The position numbers and the translations under genes were made by a program. The notes beneath the pieces are model-generated. The model had not been told where the DNA came from. It saw nothing but the letters and a program-made list of their open reading frames with translations, and did not search any database. Positions 45,994 to 55,300 of a stretch of 64,000 bases of DNA are shown here, in pieces. Numbering within the stretch: position 1 is the stretch's first letter; every line of letters starts with the position of its first letter. Origin of the DNA: a virus; the IMG/VR virus record IMGVR_UViG_3300042569_003487, positions 64,001 to 128,000 of that record; one strand, 5' to 3'.

Positions 45994-48558
45994 TTAGTTT
46001 TGAGTTACTTTTACTGTAAAATTATTTGTATTTGAACTTTCTTTAGCAGTAGCATATACTTTATTATTTACAACTTTATATCTAAATTTAGAAATAGCAC
46101 TATGTGTTGACGCATTTAATTGAGTAACTAAATTATCGATATTTGAATAGGTTGGAACTGTGTATGGATCGTGTAAACCTAATCTTATTTTATGACCGAC
46201 GGTTGGTGCATCAATTGAAAATCCTTGTAAGAAATCTGATTGATACGATAATTGATAGAATTTAGTATGGAAGAGATCTCCAATTTTTGCATTAGAAATA
46301 TCACTCACTCTAGGCTTAACCGAATTGTCTCCAAGTCCCCAAGAATACGCATAATCTGAAACTAGGGTTGGATCGCTAACGACCTTAAATTCACCAGTTA
46401 GCTTGTCTTTTATTTTTGCTTGAGTCGGTGCTGTATTATTACTAAAGTTATTTGCGTAATATGACCAATCGAATAGTTCTTTTTCTAAATCAATTGATCC
46501 TATTTTTTGGGTGAATGAAGGAATTGTTACATTTGGGTTAAACATGTAACTTCCTCCCATATCTCCGACTGTAACATTAGTTAAGTCTTTAAACTGATAT
46601 GAAAACTTATCTGATGTTCTGGTAAAACCAACTGTAGTTGAAATAGTTGGATTTACTTTAAATTTAATAAAATCTACAGATATTCCAGCAAATTGATCGT
46701 ATACTCTTGCTTCAATTAAATATTCTCCAATATATGGTAAAACATGTGCAATCTTATTGAAATCATAAATGTTTCCTCTATAACTCCACTTATATGCGTT
46801 TGGTGAGTTTGGTTCCGGATTCTTTGTAATTATCCATTCAATATCAACTAAATTTAGATATACTGCAATATCTCTTAGTCTTACTCCTTCAGTTTCTAAA
46901 TCGCTAAATGTTATTCCATCATAGTCTAACATTTGATACAGTGGAAGATTTGCTTTTAAAATAATAGGGCAGCCTATTTGTGATTGTTCATTAACTTCGC
47001 CATTCGACCAATAGTAAGATCTTCCGTGCTTTCTCCATTCTTCAATTGAAACCTGTTCATAAAATGTGGTTATTGCTAATATTAGAGCTTTTTGTTGAGC
47101 TGCTGAATAGGTTTGACCTCCGTCATATGGATTTACAATTGCAGAAAAGACTGGGGTCATATCAATCTGCGGTTGAAGTAGCCCTGGTAAAATATTAGGT
47201 ACACCCTTTCCGGTATTAAATGAATATTTAGGAAACCCTTCTAAAATTTTAGTTGGATTACCTATTTCAGCCTTGTCTGAATAGAATAATGGTCTAATAT
47301 CTCTAATGTATGGAACGGCAATTTCAGATGAAGGTGAATGGACGCTTGCTTTGATTTTAGTGTTAATATTAACACTTTTAATCTCTGTGTCATCTGTCCA
47401 ATATCTAAGATTAAATTTTTCAAAAAATATAAATTCACCAATAATATCCCTAACTACAACGTTTATAGGTAGAATTTCGCGCTTTAACTTTTTAGCAAGA
47501 CCGTCTAATTTATAAAAAATCTCGGCTGGAGTAAAATCCGTAGTTTCAACTACTTCAGGTAAACCGTCATCGTCGTAATTATCAGTTGCTTTGGTAAATT
47601 GATAGCACAGTGCTAAAAATGAAGTTTTCTTAAATTGAGCAGAATCTGTTAAGGCTCCACCAGTAGAAACACTAACCATATTATCAATTTTGCCATCATC
47701 TAACATATCTGTAATGTTAACTAGTGCAAATGTATTTAAATATTGAGAGGTTGAGTTTGAGTTTTTCCAAAATTCTTTAGCTTCAAGAACATCTTTATAT
47801 CCAAACAGATTGATAAAATTAACTAAACCTTTATAGGTACCGACATATGGAAAAACCTGATCGCGATTTACTAAAATTTCCTTTCTTGCCTGGTTAATCT
47901 GTTCCCAATCTGGTAAACCTTCTTTAATGTTATAATCTTTTAATAGTTGAGCATCTTCAATGTGAAACGATATTCCAAAATTTTCCATCCAATTACGATA
48001 TCTAGAATCCTCGTCTACACCTTCTCCATAATAGTCTATTTCAAGTATTTTGGTTGAAGTAATATTTCCATTTGATACAATTTCGTGATATGCAAGTAGC
48101 TTTCTGGTATAAATTTTTTCTTCAGTTGGAGAAAAGGCAATATTTACCTGCATTGGATATTTAATGTAAAGTTGCGAAGAAGACCCGTTTGAAAAATCTG
48201 AATGATTTAACGTGATTGAATCGGCTTTTTCAATAAAGGGTAAGTCTGTATCACTATTACCACTTATATCCTGTTTTATATTATAGAAAAAGAAGCTATT
48301 TGTAGGGTCAGATGTTTCCCATTTAAAAACAATTCTCTCGTTTTGGTTAAGTGTTGGAAAAAGATACTCTGGGTTAGAGTATTCCAAGATAAAGATTTGT
48401 CGACTATCAAATAAGCCTAATGATACTGGTTTAATATACTCTCGACCATACTGCCAGGCAATAGAGTCACTTTTACTAGTTTCAGCATTATACTTAGTAA
48501 ACTGGAAGTTATAGTTTTCACCAAACTTATCAAAAAATATGAGGTTAGACAGTTGCAT
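45994..48558 (-). CDS. Probable baseplate wedge protein
   Basis: YVGTYKGLVNFINLFGY resembles the KGT..G...hh..hG motif of wedge/tail-protein-I-like proteins. PKD-like YIGEYLIEARVYD. ATG 48558 preferred over TTG 48561. Confidence 0.55.
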   Translation of the reverse strand: MQLSNLIFFDKFGENYNFQFTKYNAETSKSDSIAWQYGREYIKPVSLGLFDSRQIFILEYSNPEYLFPTLNQNERIVFKWETSDPTNSFFFYNIKQDISGNSDTDLPFIEKADSITLNHSDFSNGSSSQLYIKYPMQVNIAFSPTEEKIYTRKLLAYHEIVSNGNITSTKILEIDYYGEGVDEDSRYRNWMENFGISFHIEDAQLLKDYNIKEGLPDWEQINQARKEILVNRDQVFPYVGTYKGLVNFINLFGYKDVLEAKEFWKNSNSTSQYLNTFALVNITDMLDDGKIDNMVSVSTGGALTDSAQFKKTSFLALCYQFTKATDNYDDDGLPEVVETTDFTPAEIFYKLDGLAKKLKREILPINVVVRDIIGEFIFFEKFNLRYWTDDTEIKSVNINTKIKASVHSPSSEIAVPYIRDIRPLFYSDKAEIGNPTKILEGFPKYSFNTGKGVPNILPGLLQPQIDMTPVFSAIVNPYDGGQTYSAAQQKALILAITTFYEQVSIEEWRKHGRSYYWSNGEVNEQSQIGCPIILKANLPLYQMLDYDGITFSDLETEGVRLRDIAVYLNLVDIEWIITKNPEPNSPNAYKWSYRGNIYDFNKIAHVLPYIGEYLIEARVYDQFAGISVDFIKFKVNPTISTTVGFTRTSDKFSYQFKDLTNVTVGDMGGSYMFNPNVTIPSFTQKIGSIDLEKELFDWSYYANNFSNNTAPTQAKIKDKLTGEFKVVSDPTLVSDYAYSWGLGDNSVKPRVSDISNAKIGDLFHTKFYQLSYQSDFLQGFSIDAPTVGHKIRLGLHDPYTVPTYSNIDNLVTQLNASTHSAISKFRYKVVNNKVYATAKESSNTNNFTVKVTQN

Positions 48559-48574
48559 CAACTTGGCTTTTTGT

Positions 48575-48582
48575 TATTTATT
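48575..48582 (-). promoter_or_regulatory. Putative late promoter (AATAAATA) in the loop of a TGGCT/AGCCA inverted repeat
   Basis: 16 nt upstream of ATG 48558. Arms at 48564-48568 and 48583-48587. Confidence 0.6.
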
Positions 48583-48599
48583 AGCCAGGAATTGGCAAG

Positions 48600-49019
48600 T
48601 TAGATAGTGTAGATTTCGCTCTCGCCAGAATGACTTAGTGAGATAGTTACGATCTTTTCACCCTTTCCTATATGTTTATAGATCTTCTTGTATTCCTTGG
48701 CATATCCATTTTTTGCAATTTGGGTAAAATACGCAAATGCATTATTGGATTTTTCTTCATTAAAGTTCCTCCAATATCGTAAAAGATCTAAAAGAGCTGA
48801 TTGAATACAGTCTTCCCTGTCTAGTGGATTTTGGAATTTTAATTTTTGAATAGCACGATTTGCTAAAAGGATAAAATAGTCGATTGCTTTTGGGGAAAGT
48901 TCGCCTTTTGTATGCTGATAACCAGTTTCTTCATTTAAGAGACCGTGTTTACAACGGATAATTTCATTTGTGAAGTCTCTATTATTAATATAATACTTCG
49001 GGTCTTTAATTCTTGCCAT
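48600..49019 (-). CDS. T4 gp55-like late-transcription sigma factor
   Basis: YYINNRDF...REDCIQSA...NFNEEKSNNAFAYFTQIAKN, characteristic gp55 motifs. Matches the TATAAATA-like boxes in the window. Confidence 0.85.
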   Translation of the reverse strand: MARIKDPKYYINNRDFTNEIIRCKHGLLNEETGYQHTKGELSPKAIDYFILLANRAIQKLKFQNPLDREDCIQSALLDLLRYWRNFNEEKSNNAFAYFTQIAKNGYAKEYKKIYKHIGKGEKIVTISLSHSGESEIYTI

Positions 49020-49681
49020 TAGTTTAGGGCCTGGTAAATTTTTAATACACTTAAATAAGAATCGACTAGGTCTGGAAATGGTGATTTAATTTCAGAAGCT
49101 GTGACTAGTTCTGTACTATATTTATTTAAGCATTGAGCTAGGGCAGAGTTTCGTGCTGCCTCTATTTTAGGGTCTTCTATAAATTGATTAAAGACATCAA
49201 ACTTATTAGCGTTACCCTTTGCTCCTATTGCATTTTTTAATTCTGATGGAGAAAATATGAATAACCCAGCTAAGTTATTATCAAGTAATCTATCAGTAAT
49301 AGTTTTTTTAAGAATTCCTGTAGTTTGGACAATATCAACTAGTGAATTACCCTTTGCTCCATAAGCAAAGCCTTCAATTCCAACAATAATAGGTTTTTGT
49401 GAAACTTTAGTTAAGACAGTATCAATTAAAGTATTAACTAAAAGTAATTGATTTTGCAGTTTCTTTCTTTCAGTATCGGAATAACTTAAGCCTTTATTAT
49501 TCTTTTCACCTAAATTAACAATATGAATATCTGGAAACTCTAAATTGATTCCTTCTAAGAAGTGAAGGTAAGACTTACTTAATTTAGTATTGGTGACAGC
49601 AACCCATTTAAAGGTCTTGAAATCATGACTGATACAAGCCGCTGGGAAGTTAATAGAGAAGTCAAATCCTATAATAGTCAC
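49019..49681 (-). CDS. RuvC-like (RNase H fold) nuclease / Holliday junction resolvase
   Basis: IIGFDFS, GIEGFAYG, SPSELK...GNANK, DLVDSY acidic motifs. GTG start. Confidence 0.7.
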   Translation of the reverse strand: MTIIGFDFSINFPAACISHDFKTFKWVAVTNTKLSKSYLHFLEGINLEFPDIHIVNLGEKNNKGLSYSDTERKKLQNQLLLVNTLIDTVLTKVSQKPIIVGIEGFAYGAKGNSLVDIVQTTGILKKTITDRLLDNNLAGLFIFSPSELKNAIGAKGNANKFDVFNQFIEDPKIEAARNSALAQCLNKYSTELVTASEIKSPFPDLVDSYLSVLKIYQALN

Positions 49682-49701
49682 GCATAGTTAAGTAATTTGT
49701 A

Positions 49702-49732
49702 ATACTTTACTGAAAAATTTATAAAAGGTTTC
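49702..49732 (-). promoter_or_regulatory. Putative early/middle promoter GAAACCT-N14-AGTAAAGTAT
   Basis: Same spacing as the copies at 50616, 56562 and 62478. Lies upstream of the RuvC-like/gp55 operon. Confidence 0.45.
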
Positions 49733-49782
49733 TAAAACCTTCTTCAAAAGCACTATAAAATAAGGGAAAGGTTTGGGAGGGT

Positions 49783-49865
49783 GTCAGACTGATAATCAGA
49801 CTGATACTTATCGACTCTATTCTCTTTATTTTTTTAAAAATAAAGAATTAGAGACTCAGTCTGAC
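49783..49865. repeat. Nested inverted and direct repeats at the strand switch
   Basis: GTCAGACTGA (49783-92) / TCAGTCTGAC (49856-65); inner TCTTTATTTTT (49823-33) / AAAAATAAAGA (49836-46); direct repeat TCAGACTGATA at 49784 and 49796. Confidence 0.85.
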
Positions 49866-49910
49866 CAAAACTTAAGACTCTTTAGTATATTGTTTCTAAA
49901 TTATTAGGCA

Positions 49911-50660
49911 ATGTTTACACCACAACAAATTTCTAAGATGGTCTTTTTTGATATTGAGACCTCTACTACTACACAGGATGCTGGTTCCTTGAGCCCCGCA
50001 CTACAGAATCAATGGCACAAACGTGCTGAATACCTTCGTGATACTCTTTCACAAAAATATCCAGATAATAAGACCCTAAGTGATGAAGACCTTTTTACCC
50101 AAAAGGCTGCACTTCAAGCAGAGTTCGGCAGAATAGTCTGTATTAGTTTTGGTCGTATTGTTTATAAAGACGGCGAACCTACATTTACAGTTGCTGCTAT
50201 TTCAGGAGAAAACGAAGAAGAACTCTTAACTAAAGCCCAAAAATCTATTTCTAAAATATTTGCAACTGGAGGAACCCTAGTTGGTCATAATATTAAAAGA
50301 TTTGATATTCCTTATCTATGTAAGAGATTATTAATTAATGGTTTGGCTATTCCAGACGAACTCCATTTTCATAACAAGAAACCTTGGGAAATTCCAATGC
50401 AAGATACAATGGACGTTTGGTCATTTGGAGCTTGGCAAGAAGGCTTTGCTTCACTAGATCTTATTTGTGGAGTTCTTGATATTCCATCACCTAAAGGAGC
50501 AATGCGAGGTGAAGAAGTTCCGGCTGCGTTTTGGGAAGGTCGTCTTCAAGAAATTGCTCAATATAATATGGAAGATGTCATTGCACTCGGGCGTATTATA
50601 TTAAAGGTCTCAGGACTAAACTTGTTTGAAGAAGAGAGTATAACAAGAAATACGCTATAA
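49911..50660 (+). CDS. PolB-type DEDD 3'-5' exonuclease
   Basis: FFDIET (ExoI), AEFGRIVCIS, GHNIKRFDIPYL (ExoII), KPWE..DTM..W, YNMEDV (ExoIII). Confidence 0.85.
   Translation: MFTPQQISKMVFFDIETSTTTQDAGSLSPALQNQWHKRAEYLRDTLSQKYPDNKTLSDEDLFTQKAALQAEFGRIVCISFGRIVYKDGEPTFTVAAISGENEEELLTKAQKSISKIFATGGTLVGHNIKRFDIPYLCKRLLINGLAIPDELHFHNKKPWEIPMQDTMDVWSFGAWQEGFASLDLICGVLDIPSPKGAMRGEEVPAAFWEGRLQEIAQYNMEDVIALGRIILKVSGLNLFEEESITRNTL
50616..50646 (+). promoter_or_regulatory. Putative early/middle promoter CTAAACT-N14-AGTATAACAA
   Basis: Bipartite motif 32 nt upstream of the groEL ATG, within the end of the exonuclease gene. Confidence 0.4.
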
Positions 50661-50678
50661 AAATATTTAAAAAGATAA

Positions 50679-52271
50679 ATGTCAAAGACTATAATTTTTG
50701 ATGCTGATGCAAGAAACCGACTTAAAGTTGGTGTTGATACATTAGCAAATTCAGTAAAAGTAACAATGGGTCCAGGTGGACGTAATGTTGTTATTGCAAG
50801 AGACGGTGGATTAGCTGTCACAAAAGATGGAGTTTCTGTTGCTAGAGAAGTTGAACTGTCAGATAATATTGCTGATGTTGGTGCACAAATGGTAAAACAA
50901 GTTGCGCATAAAGTAGCACAATTAGCTGGTGACGGAACTACAACTGCAACTGTATTAACTCAAGAAATTTTTAATCGTGGACTTAAAGCAGTTGCGACTG
51001 GTGCAAATCCAATTGAATTAAAAAGAGGAATGGATGCAGCTTTATCTGAAGTAGTTGAGGCATTATCGAATTCTTCAATTCCAGTTAAAGATCTTACGCA
51101 CATTCACCAAGTTGCAACAATTTCTGCCAATAACGATGAGTCAATGGGTGCCCTAATTACCCAATGTATGGAGGCAGTTGGTTTTGATGGAATTATTACA
51201 GTTGAACAAAGTAAGTCTGCTGAAACTTATGTTGATATTGTAGAAGGAATGCAATTTAAGTCTGGTTACCTATCACCATATTTTATTAATTCTAATGAGA
51301 AACCTCAAGTTGAATTTGAAAACGCTTTAGTTCTACTTGTTGATGGTAAAGTATCAGTCTTAAATGATATTGTTCAATTTTTAGAATATTCAAATCAAAA
51401 AGGTCGACCACTTTTAGTTATTTCTGAAAGTGTAGATGGAGATGCTCTAAATACAATGGTACTTAATAAATTAAGAGGCACAATTAAAGCAGCGGCTGTA
51501 CGTGCACCAGGTTTTGGTGAATTACGTAAAGAAAATCTTGATGATATTGCAATTTTAACAGGGGCAAAAACTGTTTCTGAACGTGAAGGTTATACGCTAA
51601 GCGAAACGGTTGCATCTGAAGTATTAGGTTCAGCTAATAAAGTTATTATTACTGCAGAATCTACTACAATAATTGGAGGAGACGGCGAGGCTGAATCAAT
51701 TAAAGAAAGAATTACTGATATTAATGCTCAAATTGAAAATAGTACCAGTGAATCTGCTTCGTTAATACTTAAAGAGCGTCTTGCTAGATTAGATGGAGGA
51801 GTTGCAATTATTAAAGTTGGAGCCCACTCTGAAATTGAAATGCGCGAAAAAATAGATCGTATTGATGATGCAATTGGAGCCACTAGAGCCGCTGTTGAAG
51901 AAGGTATTGTTGTAGGCGGTGGAGTTGCTCTTTGTAAAATTGCAGAATCACTTAAACCAACTATTGATACTACGCCAAACTTTGAACATAGACTCGGTCG
52001 TACAATCTTATTGGAATCATGTTTAGCGCCATTTCAAGTAATTTTAAATAATGCTGGAGAATCACCAGATGCAGTTCTTGCACAAATGAAAAATCTTGGT
52101 AAAGAATATAACGTTAAGGCTAGAGAATACTGTGACTTTATTGAATCTGGTATCATTGATCCTGTGAAAGTTACTAGGGTTGCACTAGAAAATGCAGTTT
52201 CAATTGCTTCTATGATGCTAACCACCGAGTGCCTAATGGTTCAGGATAAAACTACAGAAACTAAGGCTTAA
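50679..52271 (+). CDS. groEL: Group I chaperonin GroEL
   Basis: VTMGPGGRNV, TKDGVSVA, AGDGTTTATVL, GYLSPYF, APGFG, ATRAAVEEGIVVGGG, GIIDPVKVTR. No GGM tail. Confidence 0.97.
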   Translation: MSKTIIFDADARNRLKVGVDTLANSVKVTMGPGGRNVVIARDGGLAVTKDGVSVAREVELSDNIADVGAQMVKQVAHKVAQLAGDGTTTATVLTQEIFNRGLKAVATGANPIELKRGMDAALSEVVEALSNSSIPVKDLTHIHQVATISANNDESMGALITQCMEAVGFDGIITVEQSKSAETYVDIVEGMQFKSGYLSPYFINSNEKPQVEFENALVLLVDGKVSVLNDIVQFLEYSNQKGRPLLVISESVDGDALNTMVLNKLRGTIKAAAVRAPGFGELRKENLDDIAILTGAKTVSEREGYTLSETVASEVLGSANKVIITAESTTIIGGDGEAESIKERITDINAQIENSTSESASLILKERLARLDGGVAIIKVGAHSEIEMREKIDRIDDAIGATRAAVEEGIVVGGGVALCKIAESLKPTIDTTPNFEHRLGRTILLESCLAPFQVILNNAGESPDAVLAQMKNLGKEYNVKAREYCDFIESGIIDPVKVTRVALENAVSIASMMLTTECLMVQDKTTETKA

Positions 52272-52284
52272 TTATATTTTGCCT

Positions 52285-52315
52285 AAGTCTTCGTTAAATA
52301 AAAAAAAGAAGACTT
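52285..52315 (+). promoter_or_regulatory. Late-like box (GTTAAATA 52293-52300) in the loop of a perfect 8-bp inverted repeat just before the TTG start
   Basis: AAGTCTTC (52285-92) / GAAGACTT (52308-15). Start at 52319. Confidence 0.6.
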
Positions 52316-52318
52316 GCT

Positions 52319-55300
52319 TTGTCAGAAATCGACAGTCTTATTGAACAAATTAAATGCGAGCTAAGAGAAAACCCCTTCTTTTCTGAAGGGGATCTTGCTG
52401 CTTTAGATGCATGTTTACCTAGCTCAGATGAATTAGAAAATGCTCAAATTGAAGCTATTGAAGAAATAGTTGCGGAAAATCCCTGTGCTAAAAAATCAAT
52501 TGATGCAATAAATTCAGAGCTAGAAAAAAACGATGCAAAATTAAAGGCTGCAGTCAAAGCAAAATACGTAATATCTAGATTACAAGAACTTAGAGACCTT
52601 CTTTACCCAGCTGAATATTTTTATAAAACCAGATCAGAATTTTTTAATAAGATTATCAAAGACCTAGATAATAGGTTTACTGTAGCTGGTGCAAACTACA
52701 ATACAGAATTTACTAATATTTTAAATAAGTATGAACTAAATTCATATAAATTTAATGCAGTTGCAACAACAACAACAATATCAGCAATTGATCAATTAAA
52801 CAAAGATATTAAGTCTCAAATTGAAGATTATTTTAGTAAAAGAACCTTTGCTGTTACTAATACTGATCCAATTAAATATTCATATAATTCAGATAATCCA
52901 ACATTTTCTATAAGTCTTCCTGGAAAGGATGGATTTTCTATTAAGTCTTCTGAAAATCAAAAAACAGGAAAGGTTGATTCTTTTGGTAATTCTGAAACCA
53001 AGCAAGTTGAAGTTAATGTTAAAATTTTACCAGAAGATTCAATTTATGAAACTAAAGATAAAGTTTTTCAAAAACGTACCCTTAATTTAGTTAACATCTC
53101 TTCACAAAGGTATACAGATAAATCTGCAACTGATTCACTATATCCATTTTCTGGACATCTTGCAAATTTCTATAAGAAAATTGAAGACCCTCTTACTCTT
53201 TTCACACTAGAAGAAAAAGGATTAACCACTGATTCTGTAAAAACTGATAAAAATCTTACCAAAGAAAAATTAGATGGAATTGTTAAAGAGCAAAGAGCAG
53301 ATGGAAGAGAAGAACAATTTTATATTGAAAATACAGAAACCTATCAAAAATTTTATGAAAATCTTGAACCTAAGATTGAGGAAAGAATTGAGGCTGAACG
53401 TACTAAATTTAGAAAAGGTCTAATTGAAACAGGTAAGCTAATAAAATTATCAAATCTTGCTAAAAAACAGGTATTTGATTTAGTTAACAATAGTCAGTTA
53501 ATATCTACTCCAACTGAAAAGCTTATCGTTAATGGTAAAGAGATTAAACCTAGCGAATACGGCCAACAGATTAGAGATAAAATTCAAAAGAGCGCCGACG
53601 AAATTTCTAAATTAGTTAAAGACATTGAAGCTCGTATTGCCGCTATTAAAAAAGCAAACACGCCAAATCCAGATGATTTAGCAAGCGCTCTTTCTGCAAC
53701 CGGATGTCTTCCCCCAACTGAACCTCCATGTAAATCTTTACCTAAAGCTGGATCTGACCCATTGGGTTATAAATCAATGACTATTCCAGCAACAATGGCT
53801 CAACCAGATTATACTTGTAATTGTTATTGGAAAGAAGTTACTAAACACCTAAATAAATTAAATCTACTTCCAATTCCAGATATAATGCGATTGCCGGCAC
53901 TTAGATATTGGCCAGTAGGAATCTTAATTCCTTTGCCTGTTCCAATTAGAATTCCGCTTCCTCAAATTTGGAAACATATTATAACATTAAATTTACCATT
54001 TGGTACACTTGTTGTTTGGTATATTCAATGCGGAATAGTACCATCTCCAATTGTTATGTACATCGGGCCAGATGGAAAAAAGATTATTCTATTAGGATTT
54101 AGAGCGCTTCAAGGTCAATTTGATCCAGTTGGCTATACAATTAACGAAAGCCCTAAACAACCAGCTCCGCTTGGAGTTACCCTTAGTGAAATTGGAAAAC
54201 CTACTGGAACTTCAATTAAAACTCTAACGTTTGGCACGATTTTACCAGATTCAGTCATGGAAAAAACTGCGAAAGTTATAGCTAAGGCTCAAGTAATTAC
54301 AGAACTTGTTACTGAAGGTAGACTAATGCCAAATGGCTTTAATATTCCATTTAAGCTTGGCGAAAAACCTAATTTTAATACCGGTGACGCTGACCTACTT
54401 AGTCAAGTTGCAGATGGAGTTGAGGATTTTCAGTTATTTGTTGAAAATCTTAGTCGACGTATTTGTAGGAAAATTGATGAAATTGGAGATATCGATTTAC
54501 CTAATTTTACTCTAGCTCTAGTTGATGCTGAACAAGCTGCTAAAGATAGAGCTCAAATATTAAGCGGCCTACCATATAATTTTGATTCAGCTTGGTTAAA
54601 TTGTGATCCAGCTAACCTATCAAATAATATACCAGCTGATGTTATTACAAGTGCAAATACTGATGCTGGCACGCAATGTAAAGAAGTTATTCTATCACTT
54701 TCATTAGATTTAGATAGTTTTTTAGATAAACTCAAACTAGGAACATATAAATTTCCAAAAAAGAAAGGAAAACAAATTAAACCACAAGCATTTTTAGATG
54801 AAATTGTTGATAATTTAATTGAATACTTATCTGATACAAACTTTGGAAAAAGCAGAAATATTAATTTAAATAAAAGATTTAGAAAAGCTATGCAAGATCT
54901 AGACTTGGATGCAGAAATTGATGCAATCCAAGCTAGCGTTGATCTTAGTAAAAATGAAGACTTAATTGCATTTAAGAAAACCCTAAAGAAATACGTAGAT
55001 GAAATTTGTGATGTAATGTCTGGTAAAAATATAAAGGTTGATAAAACTAAGCCAGCCTTTAAGCGAAGAGTCAATAATGAAAGAAAGCGCAGAATCCGAT
55101 TTAATTTAATAAATGGAATCAATATTAAAGATATGGTTGGGTCTACTCCAAATAAAGACGATAAAGATTTGTTAATAGACATGTTTAAACAACAAATTGC
55201 AAAATCGAACATTGATCCAACTGCTATTACTGACTCGGAATTATTTAATATTATAGAAACTTCTCCAAAGATTAATGATGATTATAAGAAAAGCCATGTT

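Noticed and set aside
52285-52320. Intrinsic terminator after groEL
   Set aside because: The loop is 15 nt and contains a TAAATA box, and only GCTTT follows, with no proper U-tract. A start-occluding hairpin fits better, though weak termination is possible.
54553-55212. 219-aa minus-strand ORF and other short antisense/alternate-frame ORFs in the track (e.g. 4278..4688, 27927..28370, 42635..43024)
   Set aside because: Fully nested in longer, motif-supported or operon-consistent genes, with no recognisable motifs. Treated as shadow ORFs.
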